Below are positions 12,665-26,119 of a stretch of DNA of 64,000 nt, one piece after another. The position numbers and the translations under genes are program-made. The stretch is from positions 17,112,001 to 17,176,000 of the forward strand of contig OZ024742.1 in the NCBI GenBank assembly GCA_964016885.1. The letters run 5' to 3'. Every line of letters begins with the position of its first letter. Position 1 is the first letter of the stretch. Under the pieces are notes generated by a model that saw only the letters and a program-made list of their open reading frames with translations, was not told the DNA's origin and did not search any database. Origin of the DNA: Eledone cirrhosa. Taxonomy: Eukaryota.

Positions 12665-13597
12665 TTATATGAATCAAAGTTCTGTTCAAATCATTTATAT
12701 GCTTACGATTGCTTCCTCCAAGTCGAGGTTTGATTTCTTCGGAGCAATTTATTAATGATTGATTACATACATGACCTCCTTTTCAATCCAAGAGACATTT
12801 AGAAACATATGCATATATTGTTGCTTGGTGGGTTGACATCCATTATAATATTTAGCGTGGCAGTATACATTTAAAGATTACAGTCATATCAAAAGAGGAT
12901 AAAATTAAAATTAAAGTTAAAATACAACATGAAATTAATGCGATAGGATAGTCAGAAGCAGTTAGTGTGTGCAATAGTTACACGTGTGGCAAGCACGTGT
13001 GTCTTATTTATATAATATTATAGTGCGGCAGGGTGTTACATGTAATACAAGCACTTCAAGCGGGTAATCAAGAGTATTAAGGGGGTTGTACTGGTAATGT
13101 ATCTTTTATATGCATGTTATAGAAGCTTGTGTGTAGAGAAATATTATAAATATTAAAAAATATTAGAAATGTGTAGCAAAGCGATGTTATGGTTTTCGTG
13201 TACAACACCATTTTCACAGTCCGGAGAGCGTAATATCTAGATTATATGCCCCTCACATAATCCACGACGATTCAATATTGGATGTTTGATGATTCTGTTA
13301 GAGTATCATAGTTTGTTGGTCCTTAGTCCAATTTATATAGCAGGTGGTTTTAGTCGCAACTAAAACTTGGAGGAAACAATTGTAAGCATATAAATGATTT
13401 GAACAGAACTTTGATTCATATAACTTATATATAACTGCTCTGAAAAACAACTGATGTTATTACATTGAGCTATTTATCTTACTGGTAATAAGGTAGTAAT
13501 ATATTACTGCCTATCACTATTTAGGGTTTGAAAAAATATATATGACTACAAAAGGTTTTTGTATATGCATAACCATAAATAGTATCCTTAATACCAT
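12662..13597. mobile_element. Non-coding fold-back element, family A (related to 35558-36990)
   Basis: ~65-bp inverted ends (12662-12723 / 13365-13430) plus shared tail ACTGCTCTG..CAACTGATGTTATTACATTGAGC; flanked by (TA)n. Confidence 0.75.
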
Positions 13598-13611
13598 ATA
13601 TATATATATAT

Positions 13612-13801
13612 GAAAAGATTCAGGACCCCGACGGCTGAGCACCGGCCGTTTCGACAAATCCGAACGAATCTAACTGTCCACACGGCCGGAGCTCAAGCGT
13701 CGGAGTCCTGAATCTTTCCATATTACCCACTCTACTACCCCAAGTATCAAGTACTCTGGTGCGTTATGGTCCACCTGGTATCTTACCGCACCTTCTTTGT
13801 T
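13612..13801 (+). mobile_element. Short fold-back element, family B (half-hammerhead + tail)
   Basis: Imperfect hairpin and tail TTACCCACTCTACTACCC...GGTGCGTTATGGTCCA shared with 16918, 28605, 51519. Confidence 0.7.
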
Positions 13802-14559
13802 ATATATAAATATATGCGTTATATATATATTTGTTATATATATAACAGACCAGATAGAAAAATGCGTACAGCAAAAAAAAGTAATATTGTTGGAATATAA
13901 ACCTTTAAAAATACAGGACAAGAAACTAAAATAAAACTTTAAAAGAATAGGACAAGAAACTAAGATAAAACTTTAAAGAATTGGACAAGAAATAAAAAAA
14001 TTTACAATAATATTAGTGGCAAAATTTTTATTGGTAAAATATCGAGTTCCACATTCATAGGCTCTGGGTTCCACATTCAGAGGTCGTCGTCAGACCGGGG
14101 ATCATTTGATCCTGGTTTTTTAAGGCAATGCAAGCAACAACTATCTAATAATTAAATGATCATAGTGAATTACTGACAAGTGATTGACATTTTAAAGTTC
14201 TTTTGAGTATAATTGCAATCTAGTTGAGGCAACTGGCTTAATGACAAAGCTACGTCATTTATGGATTACCTCCCCTAGCGTCACGCTTACTACTCACTCA
14301 CTTGAACACAAGATTTATCAGCAAACTTTGATTATAAACTTTTTCCCGCTGGACCAAATTTCTAGATTTTTAAGCCAAAAGATGCGTAATGATCTACTGT
14401 TCATGCTCATATAAGTTTTATCTCAGTTAAATAAAGTAGAGCCGCGCTGTACTGTCGTAAACAGACGATTGCCAACGAAAACAAAACCACAACAATATTA
14501 CTAAACGGACTACCGTCCGTTTAGGATATATATATAACACATATATGTATGTATATCCG

Positions 14560-15200
14560 GTTACGTCACCGTGTGACGTAATATCTGGGGAGTATATAAC
14601 TTCAATTTCAACTTTCTGCAGCCATTTTTTTTTCACGTATCTTTTGTTATCAGCTTGACTAGTTTAGGCTGTCGAGCGATGGGCTGAGCAGCGAACCAGC
14701 CAGACGTTTCTGGTCAGGGTGGGGAAAACTTCGTCAGAGGCACTAAGAATACTGCAGCAAATGTACGGAGATGAGTCACTCCCCCGTTTGTGGGTTTTCG
14801 AGTGGCAGAAATGGTGGAAAACAACCTCAGGCGCAGAAAGCCATCAATGTGGTAGGATTGAGGCCAACTTTGAGCGCGTGAAGCATGTGGAGCGTGGTAA
14901 TCGTCGGCCGAATATTCGACTGATAGCAAGGGAACTGGGAATGCAGGAGACTGTGCCAAGATGGCACCGTAGCTTCTGAACGATGACCAGATGGAGCGAC
15001 AAATGCAGGTTTGTCGGAACATCCCTGAGCGTCTTGAAACCGAAGCAGTCTTGCTGGGGAAAGTTATCAGCGGTTAAGACTCATGCATCTAAGAGCACAG
15101 CCCGTTTTCTGGTCGTGGAATCCATCAAGAAGCACGATCGTCGATGTTTCTGTCTCCAAGGCTCCAAAGTTACTATACTCGATATTTTCAACTCTGAATT
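14560..15200 (+). mobile_element. Degenerate mariner transposase relic
   Basis: GKTSSEALRILQQMYGDESLPRLWVFEW matches the mariner N-terminal HTH; IRLIARELG second HTH; many disruptions. Confidence 0.75.
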
Positions 15201-15481
15201 ATAGTCAGAGACTGTTAATATCATAGATATTTACATTAGAACGACTACATTTGATACACACACACAAACACACTCTCACACACACACACATAAATATATA
15301 TGTGTGTGCGTGTGTATGTGTGTGTGTATCCGGATTCAATCGGAGGTAACCACAGTAAGTAAGGTACTCAATACATAACAGAGTATAAATATTTAATATA
15401 GAAATGACTTCTACAGGAAATCAGGAAAGCCCTAATGATTTCCTTCGAATGAAACACTTCTAGTCTTGTAGAAGCCATTTT

Positions 15482-15629
<148 letters not shown>

Positions 15630-16375
15630 GTGTGTAGATACATAGATAGACAGATAAGGATATCTTTGATATCTTTCATTTAAATAAAATTTCCCATCTT
15701 TAAATCTGATTGTCATATATCTTTGACATGGATTAATATTGAAGAGAGTTCCAAAACTCCTTCAAAGGGAAATGCCAGTTATCATTACTCAATACCCGGC
15801 AATATATTTTCTTCTACATTTTTCTCCAATTTTTGTCTTCTGTTTCCAAAACTGTATTGAAAAATCTACTTCAAAAATTTCCTCGATTTCTGGCAAACAT
15901 TTATACGCACCTATGCACAGCTATGGAACGCTTACTCCTTTGAAAAGGGTTGAAATGATTATTGGTAATTGGTATCCAGTGTCGTATATTTAGATAATCA
16001 AACAACTGTAAACCTAGTTCGGCTGGCATCATTGCAGCAGGAAAAAACGTATATAGTGTACAGAAGTTAATGGTGCCAAGAACACGAACAGAAATGTCAA
16101 TGGAAAAATAAAGACAGAAGTAATAAATCAAAGAACAAAAAAAAGTAGGAAAATACTGGAATAAAGGACATTTGATCATTAGATACACTTTAGATAGCTT
16201 TCCAAATACAAATGGTATAATATCTGAGATGGTTGAAATATGTATCAAATAGATAAAAAAAAAAAGGATAAACTTATAAATAACAAAATACCTACTTACA
16301 TCTAAATTTCAGGCCATTAAAGTATGTGCTTATGAACGTGGAATGTGGTCCTGTATATGTATGTTTCTATATATG

Positions 16376-16419
<44 letters not shown>

Positions 16420-16430
16420 TATAATATATG

Positions 16431-16524
<94 letters not shown>

Positions 16525-16526
<2 letters not shown>

Positions 16527-16867
16527 ATAAAATCAAAAGATGGTTAAAAGAGTTCCATGTATTTTATTGTGCGCATTTCAAAAGCAAATATCATCATGGG
16601 ATGATATTTGCGTTCTCATCAGATAAAATAGGGAGACATGATATGAAGCCTAAAAAACATATCATGTCTCCCTATTTTATCTGATGAGAACGCAAATATC
16701 ATCCCGTGATTATATTTGTTTCTGAAATGCGCATATTAAAATACATGGAACTCTTTTAACCATCTTTTGATTTTATATTATTTATACTCCAGTCCTATAA
16801 ACTGTTGAGTGCTACATATCTGATATTTGCATTGCTTTTTTGTGCTACAATAAAACTCACCTCTTAC

Positions 16868-16870
<3 letters not shown>
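16525..16870. mobile_element. Fold-back element (~120-bp arms, 12-bp loop, tail) with a hammerhead in each arm
   Basis: 16525-16645 inverted to 16658-16778; TATTTTAT-CTGATGA-stemII-GAAA-TGCGCA-TA-ATAAAAT (consensus of both arms); flanked by (TA)n. Confidence 0.8.
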
Positions 16871-16917
<47 letters not shown>

Positions 16918-16920
<3 letters not shown>

Positions 16921-17066
16921 CGAAGGAATTGTGGTAAGGAACCAGATGGACCATAACGCACCAAAGTACTCAATACTTAGGGTAGTAGAGTGGGTAATAG
17001 GAAAAAGTATAACCCCGACGGCAGAGCTCAAGCCGTTTCGACGGCTACTTCTGGGTCATACTTGTT

Positions 17067-17070
<4 letters not shown>
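16918..17070 (-). mobile_element. Family B short element in (TA)n
   Basis: Near identity to 51519-51655 and to the reverse complement of 28705-28838. Confidence 0.8.
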
Positions 17071-17150
<80 letters not shown>

Positions 17151-17851
17151 TGTGTGTGTGTAAAACGTAAACAGAAATAACGAAACAAACGACACAGTAC
17201 AATGAAGAATTATATTAGTTTAACGCTTGAAAATAATAGGAAAAGAGTCTTAACGTTTCGGACACTCGTTCTTCATCAGTTAGATAGAATGAGAAATAAA
17301 AGACGAAATAGAAAAATAGAGAGTGAGTGAGAAGAGGGAGGAAAATTGAGGAAACTATAGTTATGTTAGAAACATACATCTCTTTTTAACATATTTCATT
17401 TTGACGCATTGTGTAACACGCCTCTCCCTTTGAAGTACTCGTGTAACACAATGTTGCAAGCCCGGTTGACTGAAGACACGTGAATTAAAATATCTGAAAA
17501 TCAAACTTACAGACACACGTTGATTAGGTGAACAATTTAACCACTAAACTATTGCCCTTAAATACATATCATAATCTAATATTAAAATAAACAGACTACA
17601 AAATACGAGTCGCCAATTCCTATAGTGTTCCCATCACGAAAGATTTAATATTTAATTATAAACGATTCATTACAAAGCAACTTCCTAGAATATAGGCTAT
17701 GGAGTATACGAGAGTTGATAACAAACTCTCATTTTTTCGAAAATCGGTACAGGCTCGAATCTCGCGAAAGTGTGTGTGTTGGGCTGTTTGTTTTATCACG
17801 GGTCCATATCCCTTCTTTGTTTAAATTGAGTGTCATTATTTTGTAGGTAGT

Positions 17852-18095
17852 AATACACTGGTTAATTGCTGGCCTTGTGCCGAAAGTAGAAACAATTATT
17901 TTGTTGGTGGTGGATTGGCAGTATCGGTAGAGGGTGGTACGCCATGCTTTGCAGCACAGTTACGTCCCTTTATGGACTGAGTTCAAATCCCGCCGAGGTT
18001 AATTTTGCCTTTCATCCTTACGGGGTCGATAAAATAAAATACCAGTAATGTACTGGGTAATTGCTGGCCCTATGCGAAAAGTAGAAACAATTATT
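17852..18095 (+). mobile_element. SINE tail plus a full SINE inserted behind it
   Basis: Full SINE 17906-18095 with A/B boxes; ACAATTATTTTGT duplicated either side. Confidence 0.85.
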
Positions 18096-18627
18096 TTGTA
18101 GCGAATAAATATCGTTATTTTACAACATATATCGGCTTGAGTGCGAATCCTTTGCCAAGTCAGCTATCTCTCAATATTTTCCGCCATTTGTAAAAGAGAT
18201 TGTTGTTCTACAGCTAGTCTCTACTGCTTCCACATACTGCCTTGTCTTCATCGGGTAATCTGTAATTCAGTTACACTGTATATGTATGTGTGTATGTGTG
18301 TACGTGTGTGTCATCGAATGTGTTTGTGCGTGTTTGTGTAAGTGAGAATGTGTGTGTTTCTGTGTTTGTGTCTGATAGAAAGTGTGTTTGTGTATGTGTC
18401 TGTATTTGTGTGTGTGTGTGTCTGAGTATGTGTGAGAGAATGTATGTTTCTGTTTTTGTGTTTGTCTCTGAGAGAAAGTGTGTTTGTGTGTGTGTTTGTA
18501 TTTGCGTGTGCTTGTGTGAGAGAGAGAGGAAGAGAGTGTGTGTGTGTGTGTTTGTGTGAGAGAGTGTTGGTGTCTGTTTATGTGTTTGTGTTTGAGAGAA
18601 AGTATGTGTATGTGCGTGTCTGTGTGT

Positions 18628-18660
<33 letters not shown>

Positions 18661-18691
18661 CGTGTGTGAGTGTGGGTGTGTGTGTGTGTGG

Positions 18692-18773
<82 letters not shown>

Positions 18774-19057
18774 GTATTCAAAGACCAATTTTATATGAAA
18801 CTCAATTGGAACATGATTGACTTGAAGAAGAGAAGAATTACGTAGCAGCAATAGAAGAACAAATAATGAATGGAACATTGTGTAGATTTACTTTTATTTC
18901 TAAATTTACGAAACTTAGTCAATTGATATCTGGGAAGATTAAACATTGTCATTTAAAATACAAAACATAATAGCGTTGGAAGAATTGTTCAGATATTTTC
19001 CCCACGTAATTTACCAATTTTAAATTTACCATACATACACAAATTATATAATAGTTT

Positions 19058-19328
19058 TTGATTTAGGGACAAGGCCAGCAATTTTAGGGGAAGGGAAAAG
19101 TGTTAAATCGACGCCAGTGCATGACTGGTACTTTATTTTATCGACTTCGTAAGGATTAAAGGTAAAGCTAACCTCGGCCGGATTAGAACTCAGAAAGTAA
19201 AGGGCTGTAACACTATGCAGCGAAGCATGGTGTCCGATGCTTTACCGATACTGCCAATCCACCGCCCCATTATTATATAACTGTTTCTATTTTAGGCACA
19301 AGGCCAGCAATTACCCAGTACATTACTA
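19058..19328 (-). mobile_element. SINE (long-tail variant) plus adjacent SINE tail
   Basis: Homology to 6941-7124. Confidence 0.8.
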
Positions 19329-19619
19329 ATGCACGAGTTAAAGACATTCTGTTATATTCGTTTATTTGTCTAAAGCCCTCTGTTATTGAATGGTGGCCAT
19401 GCTGTGGCACCCCCTGCAAGCTTTTAGTGGGGGATATCAAGCCCAGTATATATTTGTTTTTATTCTGATAGCTGCTATTTTATTGGTTATTATTTGACGA
19501 ACTGTTAAGTTACATGGTTTAAGATAACAACAGGCTAGGATGCATACACTGGGGTACTAAAGAGTTCCTAGCTTTAAGGGTATCGCGAAAGGGTAGAGCT
19601 GTTACCTTTACAGGGAGGC

Positions 19620-19738
19620 AGCAGCCACTGCAATAAGTGTGTGAATCTGAGAGGGGAATATGTTGAATTAAATCATAATTAACTGATCTTCCTGTATTTT
19701 CTTTTACCCAAAGCCAGGAACATTTCAGCACCCCGGTA
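19620..19738 (+). mobile_element. Mariner-like 3' terminal fragment
   Basis: Encodes [13 protein letters not shown] (mariner C-terminus), then TIR-like TTTCAGCACCCCGG-TA. Confidence 0.55.
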
Positions 19739-20178
19739 TGCATATACACACGCACACACACACACACGCGCACACGCACACACACACGCGCACACACACA
19801 CGCGCGCGCGCGCGTCGGCACGCACACACACGCACACACGCGCACACATGCACACACGCACACGCACACACGCACACACCCACACACACCCACCCACACA
19901 CACGCACACGCACGCACACACACACACACACGCACACACACACACGCACGCACACGCACACACACACACATACATACGCGCACACACGCACACACGCACA
20001 CATATACACACGCACACACACGCACACACACATACACACACACACACCCGCACACGCATACACAAACACACACATACACGTATATATATAGTGTCGTATA
20101 ATATTGGTAGAAATATCCGAGGGCAAGAGCACTCAGTCCATAATTAGTTACGTATAATTAGTTACGTATAATTAGTTA

Positions 20179-20232
20179 CAACAGTGACTTACGTTTCGTT
20201 GGGTTATGCGCCCCAACTCATTCAGCCTGTTA
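20179..20232 (-). ncRNA. Hammerhead-like motif with one-nt core insertion
   Basis: TAACAGG-CTGAATGA-GTTGGG GCGCATAA CCCAAC-GAAA-C GTAA G-TC-ACTGTTG. Confidence 0.55.
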
Positions 20233-20345
20233 TATAAAATGAAAATGGCTACCTCCACATTGATTTGAGATTTTTAGAAACCTTGCAAGAGTTCTTCAAG
20301 AGCAGGTAATTTCAAATTTACCTATAAATATATTATATTATATTA

Positions 20346-20560
20346 TCTATATATCTAAAACAGATAATGTCTGTCTGTCTGTCTGTCTGTCAGCTCCCTA
20401 AAACTCGAGAACCTCCCGACCGATTGTTTTCAAACTTTACACATGTAATACTTATGGTCCTGTGAGTGTTTTGAGAAAAAGGAATTTCTAATTTTCAATG
20501 CCCTAGGGACCGCATTAGGCGATTTAGCGATCTCTCTCTATAATTCTCAGTCTTTCTTTT
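20346..20560 (+). mobile_element. Helitron-like non-autonomous 5' end
   Basis: A-TCTATATATCTAAAACAGATAATG-(TCTG)n start; similar inverted copy near 5600-5640. Confidence 0.45.
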
Positions 20561-20762
20561 TAGATAGATACATAGATATAACGTTGCACCATTATAATAT
20601 CTGTCTGTATGTCTGGCCGTATGCTTTACGATATTATGACGCTGTGTGTGTGTGTATATATATATGTATATATAGTGTGTGTATGTGTATATATATATAT
20701 ATATATATAGTGTGTAACGTTTTTCGAAATATTTACTTCTGCGTTCACAGATTGATTTTTTT

Positions 20763-20813
20763 AGTTTCAGAAGATCCCGTTAAGGGTGAAAGCAGCGATT
20801 CTTTGCTTAAACT
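20763..20813 (+). ncRNA. Hammerhead-like motif with U4A core (identical copy 59183-59233, - strand; truncated copy ~29550-29595)
   Basis: AGTTT-CAGAAGA-TCCC GTTAA GGGT-GAAA-GCAGCGATTCTTTGC-TT-AAACT. Confidence 0.55.
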
Positions 20814-20821
20814 TTAATATG

Positions 20822-20884
<63 letters not shown>

Positions 20885-20888
<4 letters not shown>

Positions 20889-23800
20889 CGCTTATAAACA
20901 TACAGATCTAACTAGCGAGGAAATTAATATCATATTAATGGCTAGAAGAACCCTAATTAATTTTAATAATGAGTTTTGGACCCGCTCGGATAGGAATAGA
21001 AATTTTGACATTACCATGGGGTTATCTGACTCTGCACAAATTACCGATCTTCTGGAAATTTTTATGCTCAATATGGTAAATAGAAAATTGCCGGAGATTA
21101 CCGATGGTTTATATAGAGATGATATTTTATTTACTGTAGTTAAGCATAGCAATACAGAACTAAATAAGGTTAAGAAAACAATAATAGAATTCTTTAAAAA
21201 TGATGACTTCAAATTAGAAGTTGAAAGTAGCACTAAAGTAGTTAACTTCCTTGATGTCACCCTTAATTTAAATTCAGGACTATATTACCCCTTCCATAAG
21301 CCCAATAAAAACCTGAATTATATTAACTATTACTCAAATCACCCTAAATCCGTGAAAAATGCAGTCAATAGTGTTCGAAAACGCTTAACTAGATTATCCA
21401 CTAACAAATCCATTTTTGATGAAAAAGCTGGATATTATAATGAGGAAGGATATAAAAATAATATTGAATATGTAGATAATACTAATTCGAATTATAAATT
21501 AGGTAAAAATATGAATAATATAAATAAAGCGGGCTCTAAAAATTATTTAAATATAAATAAAAATAATAATTGTTTCTACTTTTGGCACAAGGCCAGCAAT
21601 TACCCAGTGCATTACTGGTACTTTATTTTATCGACCACGTAAGGATGAAAGGCAAAGTTAACCTCGGCGGGATTTGAACTCAGAATGGAAAGGGCCGTAA
21701 CTCTATGCGTCAAAGCATGGCGTCCGACCCTCTACCGATACTGCCAATCCACAAAAATAATAATGTCGTGAATAAATCTCGGAAAAAAATCAGAACCAAA
21801 GCAGTTATTTGGTATGCACCTCCCGCGTCTTTAGCTATCAAAACACCCCCGGCAAATTTATTCTTTAAGGCTTTAGATAAATGCTTTCCCAGTACACATA
21901 AATACCATTCTATTTTCAATAGACACACAATTAAGCTATCTTATTCTACAACTATGAATATGGCTCAGAACATTGCAAAAATAAATAGTAGAATTGTTAA
22001 TCATAACCAACAAACAATTAGGGATAATGACAATATTAACATTAGCAATAATAATGATACTGTGAATAACAATAACATTAACTTAAACACTCACAACAGA
22101 ACACCTCCAATTATTAGCAATGATAACGTGTACAGTTTAAATTATAATAATAACAGTAAATCGAAATGTAACTGTAGAAATAGATCGAACTGCCCTCTGC
22201 AAAATAACTGTCTTGATAAGAACCTAGTTTATAAATGTACCGTTAAAGCAAATAACATTACCTACAACTATATAGGGGCAACCTCATCGAGCTTTAAATT
22301 AAGATATTCGAATCACAAACACTCTTTTTCGAATCCGGATAAGAAATTATCTACCTCTGTATCACAACTCATATGGTCCTTAAAAGACAAAAATTTAGAG
22401 TACTCAATATTTTGGTCAAAACTTTGTAATAGCCAAGTCTACCTTAATTCCTCCATATACCCTAACTGCAATCTTTGCGATATGGAGACCTATTAATAAT
22501 TACTAATTATGATAAGTTAATTAACAAAAATAGTGAATTATTCTCAAATTGCTTGCACAAATTGCTTGCACATTCCAAGCTTCACAACAAATCAGGAAAA
22601 AACATTGAATAAATGTGAAATGATTTAGACGTTTATTAATAACTCTGAGCGTGAAACAATATTATCTCAGATTAAAAATTCTTGTAATGCTTTAATTATT
22701 TATACTATTATTAATATTAGATTAAGGGTTTCTACCTTAACATTGAAATTGTTAACCTGATCTCTTGTTGAGTACGTATTGACCTTTAGATTGTTTAAAT
22801 ACATTTAATTTTGGTTTTTGTATTTTCTAAATCTTATATCTTATATATTTGATACCTTTAATGTATTCAGGCTTGTAAACCGTTTAATTACTTTGAATGG
22901 TTATTTACGATTCACGAGGATATGATTATACATTTATAGTATAACAGTCTCCTTAGATCCAAGTTGATAAAAAAAATGTTTGTGAACTTAAATTGATGTA
23001 AAATTTTAAATACAGTAAAATCTAGTTGAATTAAATTTATAACACTCTTAACGGTAATTATACTATATATAAGTGACTAATATCGTCTTAAACCTTAACA
23101 TTTATAGTCTATATATAAATTATACAAATGTGTATATCTAGATAAATCTGGTTTAATATCTTATTAAATACATTTATAATGCTTTATGACTTATTAACAT
23201 CTTAATTTTAATGTTTTTTTTTACTAATATATTGATTATATTCTTAATTTTAATATACTTGTGATTACCTTTGGAGTTATGATAAACATAAATTTATCTC
23301 TTTCACGTTACATTTGCTTGAACTCAGATATAATACAATAATATAAATCCTTTAAAATTTTATAGTCTAAAATCTTATGTCATTTGAATAATTGACTATT
23401 TCTAATTAACTTAAGATTTAAAAATAAACGGTCACGCATCATGTGCCTAAATACCCCCCCCCCTATCTAATTATACGCTATTTACATGTTACAATGCATA
23501 TCTTCCTCCCTTTGTTTATACGATTAAACTTATTTTCCTCTCTCTATCATTTGATCATTTCTCCTTTCTCTTGTTCCTACCATCAAATCTCCTTCTCCTT
23601 TTTTTTCTCTCTTTCCTCATGATTTGCTATCTCGATCTCTCACTTCCTCTATCTACAATAATGAGGTATGAATATATTACTATTATTTAAATTTTTAACA
23701 GTTATATAAGTTTATGTATTATATATTATTAGTTATTTATATATCTTTTTACACATTCTCATACGCACCCTCTGTATTATATGTAATTTTTCATGTTTCA

Positions 23801-24006
23801 ACTTATGGTATATAAATATCGAGTTTTGTCATAACTAATCACTGCCATGACTAAATTATAACAATCAACATAGTCAAGGTATGTCAGGCATCAACTTATT
23901 TTATCTGATGAGGACGTACTGTTGAAATAGCTCAGTATCTCTGAAATATATATAATAAAATATATTTGATCACATGAATGTCTATATTTATTAATATTTT
24001 GAAGTA
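20885..24006 (+). mobile_element. 5'-truncated Penelope-like element (Hydra-type RT + GIY-YIG) in (TA)n
   Basis: MGLSDSAQITDLL, GLYRDD, NFLDVTLNL, SNHP; CNCRNRSNCPL..C...LVYKC...YIG..FKLRYSNH..CNLC; degenerate HHR at 23905-23935. Confidence 0.9.
21571..21752 (-). mobile_element. SINE inserted into the Penelope ORF, 12-bp TSD
   Basis: TSD AAAAATAATAAT at 21559-21570 and 21753-21764. Confidence 0.9.
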
Positions 24007-24305
24007 ATATATATATATATATACCAGAAATAGCCGTCGAAACGGCTTGAGCTCTGCCGTGTACAGATATTTTTGCATACAAAATAACAAAATATAAACA
24101 AAAGTATTTATTTCGCGATAAAGTATTGATTGTCTTCGCACGAAAAAAACCCCTGGTAATCTACGACGAATTGTTTTTATAAGCACAACATGTAGACACC
24201 ATTCCGAGGCCGAGCTATTCCGTACTTCTCTGTACTGTTTCAGAAAGGAGGGATAAACATGCCAATCTATGTTTAGAATCCCGAACAACGCCGGGCCATT
24301 CTAAG

Positions 24306-25110
24306 GGTTGGACGTCATGCTTTCTGGCATAGTTACGTCCTATTACGGTCTGAGTTCAAATCCCGTCGAGGTTAACTTTGCCTTTTATCCTTACCAGGTT
24401 GATAAAATAAAGTACCAGTAATGTACTGGGTATTTGCTGGCCTTGTGCCAAAAGTAGAAACAATTATATTATATTATATTATATTATATTATATTATATT
24501 GTGTTATATTGCATTATTATTATATTATATTACATTATATTATATTGTGTGATATTATATTATATTATATTATATTATATTATATTATATTTTAATATAT
24601 TATATCACACAATATAATATAATGTAATATAATATAATATAATATAATGTAATATAACACATTCCTTTATGATCTGAGTTCAAATCCCGCCGAGGTTAAC
24701 TTTGCCTTTCATCCTTATGGGGTCGATAACATAAAGTACCAGTAATACCCTGGAATAAGTGCTGGTCTTGTGCCAAAAGTAGAAATAATTATATTATATT
24801 ATATTATATTATATTACGTTCAAATCCCGCCGAGGTTAACTTTGCCTTTCATCCTTACGGGGTCGATAAAATAAAGTACCAGTAATACACTGGAATAATT
24901 GCTGGCCTTGTGCCTAAAGTAGAAGCAATTATATTATATTACGTTATATTGTATTATATTATATTATGTTATATTATATTATATTATAATATATTATATT
25001 ATATTATATTATATTGTGATATATTGTACTATATTATATTATATTATATTGTGATATATTGTACTATATTATATTATATTATATTATATTGTGCTATATT
25101 ATGTTATATT
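24306..25110 (+). mobile_element. Three truncated SINEs embedded in (ATATT)n
   Basis: B-box + core + tail at ~24306-24464, 24661-24790, 24818-24930. Confidence 0.85.
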
Positions 25111-25614
25111 ATACGCAGGTAGACGACCAGTTAGGTTATTGTAACTGGTAGATGTCGAAGTATTCTGAGGTAAGCACTCTACATCCGGAAGCATCCCAGA
25201 TTACATCTCGTGATCCAGGTGGAGTATATACAGTGATGAATAAGTATACAAAATGGGTTTTTACAACAAATTATTCAGAAATGTTCCAAAACAAATGTTT
25301 CGACAAATTATATCTTTGAAATTTACTGGAGTCAAGAGTTGAAATCTCTTTGTGAATTTTAACTCTCAAGAAGGCTTCTTTTGCCAATGGCTGTCAGGAT
25401 AGACAAAAAACTCTGTTTCCACAAAACTACATAATTACAGGTGTTAATGAACTAAAGGAAAGCACTTATATTAAGACTAATTTTCCCCTAATCTTTGGCT
25501 TGTTACTTCATTATAGCAAAACAGAACCAGGAGGTATTTTGGAAAAAATAATAATCACCAGAGTCAGGATTTGGTTCATTAATATATATTCCACTTTCAT
25601 TTTGCTTGTTATTG

Positions 25615-25645
<31 letters not shown>

Positions 25646-26062
25646 ATGTGTGTGTGTATGTGCTGTATAATAGTAGCACCTCTTTCGTACTACTATTTGT
25701 TTGTGTTCATTAATTTGTCTTGTTTGTGTTTGTGTTTTGTTACTATTTCCAGTTCAATTTAGACCCTATTGGGAAAGCAAATGTAAAGCTGATTAAGAAT
25801 TACTGATGAGCAATAATCCGTGTATAAGTGTGTTTATTTATGTGTGTGCGTAGGTTATACTGCGTGCGCGCGTTTGTGTGTGTGTGTTTGCATGTGTGTG
25901 TGTTTGCATGCGTGCGTGTGTGTATGTATCTATCTTTATATATACAGATATATATTCGGAATACAAGGAATAAATTCACTTCTAGCATTCAACGTCATAT
26001 TACTTGCTAAAAACAGGGGCGACGGAGTATATTAATAATAAACATGAAAATGCGAAGTTGAA

Positions 26063-26116
<54 letters not shown>

Positions 26117-26119
<3 letters not shown>

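Noticed and set aside
15650-16330. Possible host exon in unique-looking DNA (also 7180-7500, 25115-25600)
   Set aside because: No recognisable protein motif or convincing splice-bounded frame; cannot be supported without RNA-seq or homology search
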